Both the position numbers and the translations under genes were made by a program. The notes under the pieces are model-generated. The model was not told the DNA's origin, searched no databases, and worked only from the letters and a program-made list of their open reading frames with translations. Below are positions 34,169 through 45,235 of a stretch of DNA of 58,113 bases, piece after piece (position 1 is the stretch's first letter; each line of letters starts with the position of its first letter). The DNA comes from a virus: positions 1-58,113 of IMG/VR virus record IMGVR_UViG_3300035529_000070; one strand, written 5' to 3'.

Positions 34169-34483
34169 TCATTTTATCTTTTTAATCCTGTCAAGAGCTT
34201 TGTCTAAAAAATCATAATCATCTTGGCTATGTTCGGCATCATGTAATCTTCTTAATTCTTTTGATATTGCTGTAAATAGATCTGCTAATTGTTCTTCTTT
34301 CTTATCTAAATTCTTTTCTTGCTTGGTATAAAGAGCAAATATTTTAGAAAAAAACTTAGCTACTTGAGTAGGTTGTGCTACTTTCAATAATAACTCAACA
34401 ATAATTCTGAGCAAATTGTATAATATCCAAGTCAAAGCAGGTAGCAATATTTTCTTCAAAAGGAAAGAAAACACTTTTTTCAT
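34169..34483 (-). CDS. small membrane-associated protein (possible holin-like)
   Basis: Amphipathic/hydrophobic N-terminus, charged C-terminus; last gene of the structural operon. Confidence 0.5.
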   Translation of the reverse strand: MKKVFSFLLKKILLPALTWILYNLLRIIVELLLKVAQPTQVAKFFSKIFALYTKQEKNLDKKEEQLADLFTAISKELRRLHDAEHSQDDYDFLDKALDRIKKIK

Positions 34484-34487
34484 ATCA

Positions 34488-35315
34488 TCACCTCAATAGT
34501 GCTAATTCTATCAATGTTTCGCCTATTATTTTTAGCTCCCTACCTTCTATACCAGAGTCTATATAAGAATTAAGATCTACAGATGCTGTGTCTATCATTA
34601 TGAATCTAGGAAAAATAAAGTCATAATATTTATCATCCTTTATTATTCTAACATAGAGACTATTACTTCTTGGTGTAAATGTGTCTACTATACCTGTTGT
34701 GGGAAATCCTGGAACCCCTAATAATATATTTACAAATTTTTGTATATTTTCTTTGATATGTAGTTTATCCTTAAGGAATATAGCTATCTTGACTTGGTTA
34801 GCAAAAAAATCCCATTTATCTATACCATCGGCATATTTTAACAATTCATTGGTTGTATTTCTAATGTTATTATTATATGCTTTTAATATCATATCGTTAG
34901 CTATCTTAGCGTTTTTGAATTCCACTATTACATCATTTTCTTCTTCATAGTATTTAAAATCTATTTCCCAATGGGTACCAGTTAATTTTGGGGAATCAGA
35001 ATTATATGATGGCAGTCCTCTATCATTAATTATTTCTCCTACTTTCTGATGATTGTTATACAGAATAGCTTGAGTAAAGTTAAAAGGTATATCCAAATCA
35101 ATATTAACTATTCCACCTGAATATGATACGTCAAAGTCTGCATTAAAAGGATCTACTTTCCAAGAATCAAACTCCCAATAATTTGGAATATCTAATATGG
35201 ATTTCACCCCTTTTAACGCCTGCAAATTTTTCAACAAATCTTTAGTTAAATAATTTACTGGTTGGATTAATTTATGTGATACTTCTTTAATTGTATTTTG
35301 TTTAAATATCCCCAT
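34488..35315 (-). CDS. putative baseplate wedge-type structural protein
   Basis: Position after the BppJ-like gene; NILLGVP motif; inference from synteny. Confidence 0.4.
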   Translation of the reverse strand: MGIFKQNTIKEVSHKLIQPVNYLTKDLLKNLQALKGVKSILDIPNYWEFDSWKVDPFNADFDVSYSGGIVNIDLDIPFNFTQAILYNNHQKVGEIINDRGLPSYNSDSPKLTGTHWEIDFKYYEEENDVIVEFKNAKIANDMILKAYNNNIRNTTNELLKYADGIDKWDFFANQVKIAIFLKDKLHIKENIQKFVNILLGVPGFPTTGIVDTFTPRSNSLYVRIIKDDKYYDFIFPRFIMIDTASVDLNSYIDSGIEGRELKIIGETLIELALLR

Positions 35316-35320
35316 TCAAA

Positions 35321-36940
35321 TCAGTCCCTTATAATTACATTTGGATTTACTGCCATAATGCTGAAATCAGTCATATTATCAAAAGGCATTTTCCCAGAAA
35401 AATTATTCATTTTTAATTGATGTTGAGGGTTAGTTGTTTCTGAACTAAATCTACCAAGCGAATAAGAATGAGCAGTTAATGTCATCTTAGTTGTGGACAA
35501 TTCTTGAGCCCCGTTAGTTTTCAATAAGTTATTCAATCTATTCATTGAAATGTTTTCAAATGATGCTATTTCGGAATTTATTCCAATATCTGAAATTAAA
35601 CCACTATATATACCATTTAACTGAGCAAATACTACAGGTTTTACTTTAACTTTGACATCTACTCCTATTGGTGCAATATATGGATCATTTTCTATCTTAT
35701 TTTGATTTTCTCTATATTTTAACGGTGCTATATATTTTATAGACACACCCGACCCTGGATTCGTCTTAAAAAATATTAATACTTTATTTTTATCAGTGAA
35801 TGTATACCCTCTGTCCACACTAATATAAATATAATCTTCATTATAAACTAATTTTTCTCCACTGCTATTCATGACAGATTCAATTCCCATAACTGGATAT
35901 AAATTCGGATCTTGGCTTTGAGACATTTCAATATAAAACAAATCTTTTTTTATAAACTTATCTGCATTTACATCAAAAAATGAGCTCCACGCTGTTAAAT
36001 CAATGTCATTTATAGGATACTTATAATCTTTTAATGGGTTCCCAAAACTTGGAAAATAAGCTGAATCAGCAGTCATAACTTCTTCACCAGCTGTAGAAAT
36101 GGCATTTCCTATAAATGTTTTAATTCCAAAAGTATTTTCTGTATAATAAATATCTACTTTACCCCCATCATGAAATGATAATCCATCATTAGTTTGTGAT
36201 AGGTCTCTAATCATTAGTAAATCGTCTGTCGACACTATATCTGCGTTTATATTGTATTTTTCTTTTATATATGTCTTTATATTATCTTTGTTATAAGTTT
36301 TAAACATGGAGAAACTATCAAACAATTTGTTGATTTTATCATCTAATGTATCTGCGTAATATCCTTCCTCAATACCTACAATAACTCCTTTATCAAATCC
36401 ATCAACATTTATAACATCTCCTGTTTTTAACTGTTCTGCATTCAAAGAATAAGAGTAAAACTTTTTCTTTCTGGATACATATAATCCATTGGAAGAAATA
36501 AAGTCAGAAGAAGATAAAACAAATTCTTTGTTCTTCAATATTAAATCCCCTATTTGTACATTTAAAGCTCCTTCAGTATATTGTTTTTTGTTCCCTAATA
36601 TAGTCTGATATTGTTCACCATTCATATATAAATCCACATAGTATTCATAAGGAGTTATATAATCTTGTGTATATCCTTTTGTCTTTAAAAAGAAATCTAA
36701 TATTTCACTTGCATTATTTTCTGCATCCATAACTGTTCGTAAGTCTTCTTTATCTTCTATTCCATTTATAAGAGCAAAAAAAGTGTTCAAATCAAAATAT
36801 TCTTTTTTAGCATTTGTATTCAAAAATTCAACCATAGGCTGTATTATATATTTATAATTTATAGATTCTTCATGAGTATCGTACCCTAAAGTTTTAAAGG
36901 TGTTTAACAATTGAGTTTTTGGATCAAAATATTTAAACAT
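35321..36940 (-). CDS. putative baseplate J-like protein
   Basis: Follows a gp25-sized gene; DLLMIRD...GGKVDIY motif reminiscent of large-phage baseplate wedge proteins. Confidence 0.5.
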   Translation of the reverse strand: MFKYFDPKTQLLNTFKTLGYDTHEESINYKYIIQPMVEFLNTNAKKEYFDLNTFFALINGIEDKEDLRTVMDAENNASEILDFFLKTKGYTQDYITPYEYYVDLYMNGEQYQTILGNKKQYTEGALNVQIGDLILKNKEFVLSSSDFISSNGLYVSRKKKFYSYSLNAEQLKTGDVINVDGFDKGVIVGIEEGYYADTLDDKINKLFDSFSMFKTYNKDNIKTYIKEKYNINADIVSTDDLLMIRDLSQTNDGLSFHDGGKVDIYYTENTFGIKTFIGNAISTAGEEVMTADSAYFPSFGNPLKDYKYPINDIDLTAWSSFFDVNADKFIKKDLFYIEMSQSQDPNLYPVMGIESVMNSSGEKLVYNEDYIYISVDRGYTFTDKNKVLIFFKTNPGSGVSIKYIAPLKYRENQNKIENDPYIAPIGVDVKVKVKPVVFAQLNGIYSGLISDIGINSEIASFENISMNRLNNLLKTNGAQELSTTKMTLTAHSYSLGRFSSETTNPQHQLKMNNFSGKMPFDNMTDFSIMAVNPNVIIRD

Positions 36941-36954
36941 TCGGCAGTCCCCCT

Positions 36955-37269
36955 TTATAATTCAATTTCAATTATTTTATTTTCATCATTTTGGTTGCTT
37001 ACATTAATTATATAATTTTCTCCATTTTGCGATAGTTCTATAAAAGCATCGCTTAACATCTCATCAGGAGAATTTCCAAAATCAGTCATTACATCTTTAA
37101 TGTTATTCAATTCACTTTCCATCAAAGTCAGCAAATCAGATTTTTTAGTATATTGATTGTATTTAGGAATCACTCTTTCAAGTAATGCCACAATAATATT
37201 ATTAGCTAAATAAGAAATACCAGATTGCTCTTCAAACTTTTTAGTATCGAAATTAAATATTGGATTCAT
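36955..37269 (-). CDS. putative gp25-like baseplate / sheath-initiator protein
   Basis: 104 aa; SGISYLANNIIVALL; size and synteny. Confidence 0.45.
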   Translation of the reverse strand: MNPIFNFDTKKFEEQSGISYLANNIIVALLERVIPKYNQYTKKSDLLTLMESELNNIKDVMTDFGNSPDEMLSDAFIELSQNGENYIINVSNQNDENKIIEIEL

Positions 37270-37280
37270 TTCATTTCCTC

Positions 37281-38927
37281 CTATATATTGTTATTACTAA
37301 ACTTAAATATCAGATAAGATCTATAATTTTCAACTTTATTTTCTTTTTTTACCGTTTCAACCTTTTCTTCTGTTTCTTCAACTTGAGATCTTATATAATA
37401 TTGTATTTTATTTTCCATATTTTCTATGACATCATTTATTTTTGCATCATAATCTAAAGGTGTAGTTAAAAAAAACATGTCATTTTGTGCTTTTTCTAAA
37501 GGAATACCTTTATAAGAAAAGTTTATATTTTCTAAACTAAAACTTTTAAACTCATCTAATATTTTTTTACCTTCTTGAGAACTCGTGAAGAATTTTTCTT
37601 TTTCCTCCAACGTCATCCCTGTTAATTCTTTTTGTTCTACAGCCAGATTATTTAACACATATCCTCTTATACCTTCGATTATATGGCCTAATATCTTGAC
37701 ATTCTGTTCGTGAATTGCAGGTATGATTTTCTTTTGTAAAAGCCATAAAACAAAATAATCTGTTATATAAGGATTTATACCAGCAGTATTCCAGTCAACA
37801 GATTTATCATTAGGATTATAAAATTCTTCTGCCAAACTTTTCAAGTATATTTTTTCTCTGCGAGACAAATGATATATTAATTGTTTATATCCTGGAAGAT
37901 TATCAACGCTATATTCAGAAACATCAGATACAGGATTATCAAATAGCTTTTGATATTCATCTGACTGAGAGATTGCCCTTCCTTTTTCTATCTTTTCTAT
38001 CTCATAAGATACATCTGGCAACTCTAAAGTTTTTGTGAAATAAAAGTTTTGATTTTCTATCTCTTTCAACTTTAAATCCACTTCATTTTTCAATTGAGAA
38101 AAGATATTTTTTAAATTAGGATCTCCATACAAATCAATATAAGGCGGTTGATAATCCATAGCAACCTCTTTGTTGAATAGAGTAAAAAAATCTTTGATAG
38201 GAGCATTAATACTACTAGGATAACTATAATCTTGTATTAAAGGAGAAGTTATATCGTTTGAAGAAAAATAATAATTATCCGTGCTATCTATTTGAGATAA
38301 CACTTCATCTCGTTTAATGTCTATATTCATTTCAAAGGTCATCTTTTGTAATATTTTATCGTCAGAACTTCTGTCGAGATCATCCGCAATTACCGGGTTA
38401 AACTGTCTTAAATCTAATACAGTATTTGCGCCTCTATCGTTAAAAGTATTAAAAATATACATTTTCCCGCCATCTATAACAGGTAATAGAGGATATTCCG
38501 GTTGAACCAACGGTTCTAAAGCTATATTTTTCCCATAAGATCTAAGTAATAACATCTCTTGCATTTGATACCAACCAGCTTTTTCTTGAATAGACATAAA
38601 ATGTTTATAAGCTATTTCCAACAGTATCTGTTCAACATTATCCCCAACGATGATATTACCTTCAGATACATCTAACGCATGATGTTCTACATAACTTCTA
38701 TAGTAGATAAAAAAATCATCTTTCATACTTTCATCCCATTCATTTTTGGCAGAGGCATTAGGCCTATATTTAATATTCCACAAGTTAGGTTTATTTGTTT
38801 TTATGTCTTTCAAAACTAATTTATAGTTAGAGTTTGAAGTAATATTTTCAGAATTAGTTTCAAACCTTTTCTTATACATGTTAAGTTGATCTATTACACT
38901 ACTTTTCTCATCGTTTATTGTAGCCAT
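37281..38927 (-). CDS. putative virion structural protein (548 aa)
   Basis: Long ORF in the tightly packed structural operon. Confidence 0.6.
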   Translation of the reverse strand: MATINDEKSSVIDQLNMYKKRFETNSENITSNSNYKLVLKDIKTNKPNLWNIKYRPNASAKNEWDESMKDDFFIYYRSYVEHHALDVSEGNIIVGDNVEQILLEIAYKHFMSIQEKAGWYQMQEMLLLRSYGKNIALEPLVQPEYPLLPVIDGGKMYIFNTFNDRGANTVLDLRQFNPVIADDLDRSSDDKILQKMTFEMNIDIKRDEVLSQIDSTDNYYFSSNDITSPLIQDYSYPSSINAPIKDFFTLFNKEVAMDYQPPYIDLYGDPNLKNIFSQLKNEVDLKLKEIENQNFYFTKTLELPDVSYEIEKIEKGRAISQSDEYQKLFDNPVSDVSEYSVDNLPGYKQLIYHLSRREKIYLKSLAEEFYNPNDKSVDWNTAGINPYITDYFVLWLLQKKIIPAIHEQNVKILGHIIEGIRGYVLNNLAVEQKELTGMTLEEKEKFFTSSQEGKKILDEFKSFSLENINFSYKGIPLEKAQNDMFFLTTPLDYDAKINDVIENMENKIQYYIRSQVEETEEKVETVKKENKVENYRSYLIFKFSNNNI

Positions 38928-38930
38928 AGT

Positions 38931-40292
38931 TTACACCCCCAGTAGAACATCTAAAGATTCACCCGATAAAGATGATATTATATACGGGAAATATGATATA
39001 AGCATAAATAAATATATTATGTTTAAATTGCCTGCATCTTCTAAGCTCATATCAACATATGATTCGATAGCTAATTCTAAACTATTTTCTAATACATCTA
39101 AAGCATCTTTAGAACCAAACATATTTAAAAGACGTATTTGTTCTTCTTCATCTTTTACATTAAAACTCAACATGTCGTTAGTTTTCATTAGCAATAATAT
39201 TTCAGCAAAATATGCTACCATTTCATATATAGCACAATCTCTATCAGCCCAATCACTTAACTTTTGGCTGATCTCTGATAATAATATTTGAAGCCTTCTC
39301 CTTTCTTGATCATCTTGAGACACAACTTCAAAATTAAACATGTTTAATATTTTCATGGGATAAGCAAAAGCATTAGGCAAAAACATCATCATATCATTCA
39401 AGTTATTTGAAAATTGTGAAACACTTTGAGTGGCACTGTCTAATTGATCTCTAAATACTTCTGATAATAGTAACGCTGCATATGTGCCCCAATAAGCACC
39501 TGTACAATTATATTCGGAATTAATATTATTATGTAGTAAAAATTGATTAAATCCTAGTAATGCACCTGTGACATTGCCAGCTGTCATTTGTTGGGCAATT
39601 TTCATAAGTTGTTGTTTATCAGTGTATGCTTTATTCATACTTCCAAAATAATCATCGATTTTATTTTGAGTATTTTGGTCTTCATTTGTATTATCCAATT
39701 CAATATCCTTACCTGTTAATTGTTGATAAGCTCTTCTAAAATTTTCTTGAGATGATTGCAGCACATTAGCTTCAACAGCTTTTGATGTTTTCATAGATCC
39801 AACGTTACTTAGCGTTTTCTGTATTCCAATATAAGCTTGAAAAATATCATTTGAATATATATTATCTTCATACCATTGTCTAGCCAAACTTTGATAATAA
39901 GAGGCCGATAATAGCTTACTTGGATCAACGTTATTTTCTTGAACTTGTTTTTGAACCATTTTCCATATCCCATTAAAAACAGAATCTACAAAGCCTTTAA
40001 TCATTCTTGTTTTAGTATCTAAAAGTAATTTTTGATACTTTAAATTTCTTTCATGCTGAATACTGGTAATTTTACCTTCGTTTAATTGTGAGACAGAATC
40101 ATTTATTTTCTCTTTATATGTTGATTTAAATTGTTTGGTAATTAATTCAGTAACAGTTTTAGCAGGCTTTTTTAAAGAAACTATATCGGATAAAGTCTGT
40201 ACAGTTTTATTAGTATCACTCATTAAATTTTCGAAATTTCGGCTATTCGTTCTAACGGTTTTCATCACATCTTGTATTTGTTGTTGATTCAT
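38931..40292 (-). CDS. putative virion structural protein (453 aa, helical)
   Basis: Operon context. Confidence 0.6.
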   Translation of the reverse strand: MNQQQIQDVMKTVRTNSRNFENLMSDTNKTVQTLSDIVSLKKPAKTVTELITKQFKSTYKEKINDSVSQLNEGKITSIQHERNLKYQKLLLDTKTRMIKGFVDSVFNGIWKMVQKQVQENNVDPSKLLSASYYQSLARQWYEDNIYSNDIFQAYIGIQKTLSNVGSMKTSKAVEANVLQSSQENFRRAYQQLTGKDIELDNTNEDQNTQNKIDDYFGSMNKAYTDKQQLMKIAQQMTAGNVTGALLGFNQFLLHNNINSEYNCTGAYWGTYAALLLSEVFRDQLDSATQSVSQFSNNLNDMMMFLPNAFAYPMKILNMFNFEVVSQDDQERRRLQILLSEISQKLSDWADRDCAIYEMVAYFAEILLLMKTNDMLSFNVKDEEEQIRLLNMFGSKDALDVLENSLELAIESYVDMSLEDAGNLNIIYLFMLISYFPYIISSLSGESLDVLLGV

Positions 40293-40296
40293 ATCA

Positions 40297-41490
40297 TCAC
40301 GCCTTCCTGATGTTAGATATCATGCCATTAATACTTATTTTATAATACTTATTATAATCCCCAGCTTTAACAACAGAAATATTTTGTGGTTGTATATATA
40401 AAACAACATTTTTCTTCACTGAAATGACTTTTTCCCCAGTATTCTGTTTTATCAAATAAGGAACTTTTAAAATGAAATTATTTTTTTTAATAGCAGAATA
40501 AATTTTATCCCCATCCAAATTTTCTGACTTGTTTGATATTAAATTATATGTTTCTAAAGTATCTAAATCTTCATACATACCAAATACTTCTTCTAAAAAT
40601 TTTTGTTCATCATTAGACACTTGTATAACTGTGCCTTGTATACTAATTTGGTATGGCATTGCCATATTTCTAAAATATAATGGCTTATTATTAACCGGGA
40701 AAACATCTATATTATTTGACACTTGGAAATTAAGGCTTTGCACAAAAGTCTTTTGTAACACTTTATAAAATCTCATTCTCACATCTTCAGACAAATCTTC
40801 TTTTAAATAATTTATCTGATAATTTAGAACTGTAGTTTTATATTGTATAAGCTCATCTAACACACCGCCAATAACTTTAATTGAGCTCTTTTCTCCTTCT
40901 GTTTCATATTCCTTAGCCCCTATTTTTATTTTGTCATAATCGTCTCTTTTAGGAGAAAAAACATATTTATCCCTATTAAATATCTCCAAAAAATCTTTCT
41001 GATTAAATTGTGTGTTTTTAACACCTAATATTGTAAATGTAGAGGTCCCATTGTATAAAGGGGACCCTGCAGATATATTAAATGTAAAATTATTATATGA
41101 TCCCGATAATATTCTTACTTCATATTGATCAGAATTTTCTAATTTTTTATATATAAATAAATAATGATTATCATAAGCTCTCTTTTTTGACATTATAGAA
41201 TTAGCTTCAATAACCCCTTTGGCAAAATCAGACAATACATTAATTCCACCTTCTAAAAAAGGAAAAGAAAAATCAAAAGATATTTGTGACTTTTCAATCG
41301 CCGATGCCTCTTTAAACATAAAACCATCAAAAGTAATTACAGGTGTGAAATTCATATTTTTCGTCATGTTAATAGATAAATATCTCCCCTGTGATAATTC
41401 TATATGGCTATTTTCTTCTTTCAGCAATTTTACTATATCTCCGGATAATAAATCATTTTTAGATATTATTGGAATAATCCCATACATCAT
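40297..41490 (-). CDS. putative tail/baseplate protein (397 aa, beta-rich)
   Basis: Operon context. Confidence 0.55.
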   Translation of the reverse strand: MMYGIIPIISKNDLLSGDIVKLLKEENSHIELSQGRYLSINMTKNMNFTPVITFDGFMFKEASAIEKSQISFDFSFPFLEGGINVLSDFAKGVIEANSIMSKKRAYDNHYLFIYKKLENSDQYEVRILSGSYNNFTFNISAGSPLYNGTSTFTILGVKNTQFNQKDFLEIFNRDKYVFSPKRDDYDKIKIGAKEYETEGEKSSIKVIGGVLDELIQYKTTVLNYQINYLKEDLSEDVRMRFYKVLQKTFVQSLNFQVSNNIDVFPVNNKPLYFRNMAMPYQISIQGTVIQVSNDEQKFLEEVFGMYEDLDTLETYNLISNKSENLDGDKIYSAIKKNNFILKVPYLIKQNTGEKVISVKKNVVLYIQPQNISVVKAGDYNKYYKISINGMISNIRKA

Positions 41491-42206
41491 CTAGACCACC
41501 CTGAGTCTTCGTTCAAATACTCTTTAAAATCATCTTCAACTTCTTTTTTCAACTTATAAAGTTTAGCATAATTACCATCCATCTCTTGAGATATTTGAGT
41601 TAAACTTTTTTTCTGTTCACCATTTAGTCCATATAATTTGGCAATAAGAGTTTCCCCTTCATGGCCATATTTACTTCTAATATATTGTAGTGCTTCCATT
41701 ACCTTTAAATTGTTATTTTTATAAACTCTGTTAAACGAATTTTCTGATTCTATAACAGTGCCTCCCATTTTTCTCTTAAAAACATCAATTTTTTGTGGAG
41801 ACCATGCTAAAGAATCTGCTAATTCAAGTGTAGTAGGATCTCTATCTTGTTTGTACTTTAAGTCGTTGTATGTATTTTGAAATGTAGAAAATTCCAAATT
41901 ATAATTCTCTGGTAGTCTCAATGTTCCTTGGTTGTTATTCACAAATCTATTCATCTTTTGTAAGTATTGATTGACATAAGTGACAACTCCGCCTTTAGAA
42001 GAATTGTAATTTTCCAATGCTTTCGCTATTAATTTTTTTGCTTCCAAATCCATAGAAGTTGGGCTTATACCGGAATCTCTATACTTGCTTATCGTATAAC
42101 TAACATATGGTTTCAAATCCCTATATATTTCAGCAAATACTCTAGGATCTTTACTTTTTTTCCATTCATTAACATTTTTTACTAAATTAGGGTTAGATGC
42201 TCCCAT
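41487..42206 (-). CDS. phage-encoded sigma70-family transcription factor
   Basis: Region 2-like (LIAKALENYNSSKG.VVTYV), TLRLPE, region 3 (RDPTTLELADSL), region 4 (LYGLNG..KKSLTQISQEM). Confidence 0.85.
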   Translation of the reverse strand: MGASNPNLVKNVNEWKKSKDPRVFAEIYRDLKPYVSYTISKYRDSGISPTSMDLEAKKLIAKALENYNSSKGGVVTYVNQYLQKMNRFVNNNQGTLRLPENYNLEFSTFQNTYNDLKYKQDRDPTTLELADSLAWSPQKIDVFKRKMGGTVIESENSFNRVYKNNNLKVMEALQYIRSKYGHEGETLIAKLYGLNGEQKKSLTQISQEMDGNYAKLYKLKKEVEDDFKEYLNEDSGWSR

Positions 42207-42209
42207 GGT

Positions 42210-44837
42210 TTACACCTCTTTCCTCTCCGTTTCAGGCATATATTTTAATATTTCTTTTGCTTTTCTTAATTCAGCTATATATCTAACTTCTCTGTTTGAA
42301 TCTCCTGTCTTATTGATAACCGGTAATATTTGATATACTTTTGCTAATTCGTATACAGCCCATACAGCATCATTCATGTTATTTAAGGCAAAGATGGGTA
42401 GTTGTTGATAAGAAATAGTTGTATAAGCTTCTACCATTTGTTTTAATAGTTTTATTATAAAATACCTAACTTCTGCTATAGAAGACAACGTCAATGAATT
42501 ATTTATGTCCTTCCCTGTTTCCAAGCCTGCTATAAATTCTTCTAACTGTTTATTTAAAATATCATTTGAATCTATAATAGGTTTAAAATCATTAATTTTA
42601 ACATAATCAGTACTTAATAAACTAAAATTGTCTTTAGTAACTTTTTTTACCGTAGACATACTTTCTAATATTTTTTTAGCTTCCTCTAATTCTTTTTCAT
42701 CATTTGAAGATACCAAGAAATGTTGCAACTTGTTAGTTGATAAAAAAATATTTTTATCTCCGTTAAACTTATATAATAACTTTACTATATCTATATTTTT
42801 ATCTTCTGTTTGTTTAAATGAATTAGAAGTTTTGTATATTTGATTTGGCAGCAAATATTGTAAAATAAAATCTTTCATCAATTTAATTATATCAAAAGCA
42901 TTATTCACCCTTGAGTGTTGTTTCTTTTCTTCAAGGCTCATTTTATTTATCTTATTATCTTTAAAAGTATAGCCTAATTTATTCAATCCTTTTATATGTT
43001 CATTACAAAATTGTACAATACTATCTTTATTATCCGATTCACTTTCTAAATATCCAGAAAGATGGTCATATATAACTTTACCGAAAGATTGTAAGCCTAT
43101 ACGGCTATAAAACTCCTCATGGTTATTCACTCTATAATAAGACTCGGTAGTTAACCACCACTTGTTTTCTTCAATAGGATAATTCAATTGATCGACATTA
43201 TTCAAAGTTATTGATGTGGTTGGTGCTCCTTTTGAATTGAAAACATGAGAAACAGAATTCACCTGCCCAAAATAAATTCCAGAATTTGTTATTATCATTG
43301 CTGGAAGACCATTCGCTATATAAGGATTGAAATCCAATTGGACTTGCATCATTCTTGATTTGGCCCAATTTTCATTATAAGATTTTCTAGAAATTACAGC
43401 AACACTTTCATTAAACGATTCAGAATCAACTGTGTTTGTTATTATTTCATCACTTTCTTCATTATCTGCTTGTTCTTCATTATCTATATTAACCATATAA
43501 CTCATAACATCCTTATATTCAACCTGCTCGGAATAATAAGTCCCCATAGCACGATTATTAAGATTGTTAGATGCAACTAAAGTTTTCATTTTATCAAAAG
43601 ATAAAGCATCATTCGACGTATCATTTCTAATGCTATATAATTCATCCATCGTAAGCCCTTTTTTAGGGTAAGTGGATTGTCTTAAAGGTCCTGGATAAAT
43701 GCCTGTCACATATGGAGATAAAGAAATATTTCCATTTGTGCTGCCAAATGTTGTTCCCACCCTAGTTGGATATTTATGCTGGACCTCAAAATTAATCGAT
43801 GATATTTGAGAAGGTAATATTATATTAGATGAAGGAGGTATATAAGCAAAAGATTGGGGAATAAATAAATATTGGCCTATGCCCATATTTTTATCTTCTT
43901 CTCCTAAAGTTAATAAATCAGAATAGTATTTATTTCTAATGTTTTTAATTTGTTTAGGAAAAGATTCACCTTCACTATTAGCATTATATGAGCTAAGCTT
44001 AGGAAATAATTGTCCATACAGATTATGTTCCATATTATCTGCAAAAACACTTAATATTTGCATTAAAGAAGTTTCACCTTGAGCATTTTGAGCAAAATCT
44101 AATATACTTTTATTAAATAATGCTTTTAATACTCCTTTTTGATACGGCTGTTTTTCACTATTAGTACCTTCAGTTGCAAAATTATTATCAGAACGATAAT
44201 TTATATCAGCACCTTCTAAAAAATTAGGGTCTCCAAATACTATCCTTCTTGAAAAATGATAAGCATCTTCTAAATCCATAAAATCATTCTGTAAGACAGA
44301 TAGATATGTTATAACGGAAAAAAATAAAGTATCTTTTTTCAACTCTACTACTTCACTATCATCTTGATTTATCCCAAAATATTTACTCATAATTTGATTC
44401 AAAACATAATTAATACCTAATACTCCACTGTTGTTTTCTCCAAGACCTAAACTTTTAAAATCTGGATAATTGTGATTACGCACTAATAATTCTTTGGATA
44501 CGTTATCTGGTAACTGATCGAAGTTTAATAGTTTTATACTCATAGGCCAATCAAATGGAGCTACAAAATCTAACGATATCTCATTTTTTGTTGGCCTTTT
44601 AATTCTTTGAGCACTTTTCAACAAACCATCTACAGCTGTTATCCATCCTTCCCCTTCTGTATTAAACAAATCATTTTTTACTTGTACTACAGCATAAGTA
44701 TTAGGGGGCAATTCCATAAGAGCAGGAATTGGTGGAAAATAAGCTTTAAAATTTATTGTTTTACCAGAAGCAACTATCTGTACAGAATCACAATAAAATT
44801 CTTCATGTTCAATTAATATACGAAAATAAGTTTTCAT
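42210..44837 (-). CDS. putative baseplate hub / tail protein (875 aa)
   Basis: FNPYIANGLPA...GQVNSVSHVF...TTSITL resembles a gp27/gpD hub C-terminal motif. Confidence 0.55.
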   Translation of the reverse strand: MKTYFRILIEHEEFYCDSVQIVASGKTINFKAYFPPIPALMELPPNTYAVVQVKNDLFNTEGEGWITAVDGLLKSAQRIKRPTKNEISLDFVAPFDWPMSIKLLNFDQLPDNVSKELLVRNHNYPDFKSLGLGENNSGVLGINYVLNQIMSKYFGINQDDSEVVELKKDTLFFSVITYLSVLQNDFMDLEDAYHFSRRIVFGDPNFLEGADINYRSDNNFATEGTNSEKQPYQKGVLKALFNKSILDFAQNAQGETSLMQILSVFADNMEHNLYGQLFPKLSSYNANSEGESFPKQIKNIRNKYYSDLLTLGEEDKNMGIGQYLFIPQSFAYIPPSSNIILPSQISSINFEVQHKYPTRVGTTFGSTNGNISLSPYVTGIYPGPLRQSTYPKKGLTMDELYSIRNDTSNDALSFDKMKTLVASNNLNNRAMGTYYSEQVEYKDVMSYMVNIDNEEQADNEESDEIITNTVDSESFNESVAVISRKSYNENWAKSRMMQVQLDFNPYIANGLPAMIITNSGIYFGQVNSVSHVFNSKGAPTTSITLNNVDQLNYPIEENKWWLTTESYYRVNNHEEFYSRIGLQSFGKVIYDHLSGYLESESDNKDSIVQFCNEHIKGLNKLGYTFKDNKINKMSLEEKKQHSRVNNAFDIIKLMKDFILQYLLPNQIYKTSNSFKQTEDKNIDIVKLLYKFNGDKNIFLSTNKLQHFLVSSNDEKELEEAKKILESMSTVKKVTKDNFSLLSTDYVKINDFKPIIDSNDILNKQLEEFIAGLETGKDINNSLTLSSIAEVRYFIIKLLKQMVEAYTTISYQQLPIFALNNMNDAVWAVYELAKVYQILPVINKTGDSNREVRYIAELRKAKEILKYMPETERKEV

Positions 44838-44882
44838 ATTATCACCTCTATAAAAAAATAGGGCAGTCTCTGCCCTAATTGA

Positions 44883-45215
44883 TTAATATTCTATTCCTGT
44901 TCTCTGCTGTCTTATTTCTCTTTCGTATTGAATTTGAGTCTGTCTCGGAAGTTTATTAAATACTTTTTTATTGTTATATATCTTTTCATAATTAGTATCT
45001 TTTGTAAACTTCACATAATCTTTAGTTCCTTCTTTATAATTCCTTTTTGCCCAACCTGTAGTGTGATCTCTAAATTCTATAGTAGACAACCCATATGTTC
45101 TTTTCATATCCGTTTTGCATTCAGGGCATATAACTGCATCATCTCTTTCTTTAGAATATCTAAATTTTTCTTCTATACTTCCACATTTAGGGCATTCATA
45201 TTTATATATTGGCAA
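44883..45215 (-). CDS. FmdB-family zinc-ribbon protein
   Basis: MPIYKYECPKCG...CPEC...MKR. Confidence 0.85.
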   Translation of the reverse strand: MPIYKYECPKCGSIEEKFRYSKERDDAVICPECKTDMKRTYGLSTIEFRDHTTGWAKRNYKEGTKDYVKFTKDTNYEKIYNNKKVFNKLPRQTQIQYEREIRQQRTGIEY

Positions 45216-45235
45216 TTCTATCTCCCCTTATTTAT

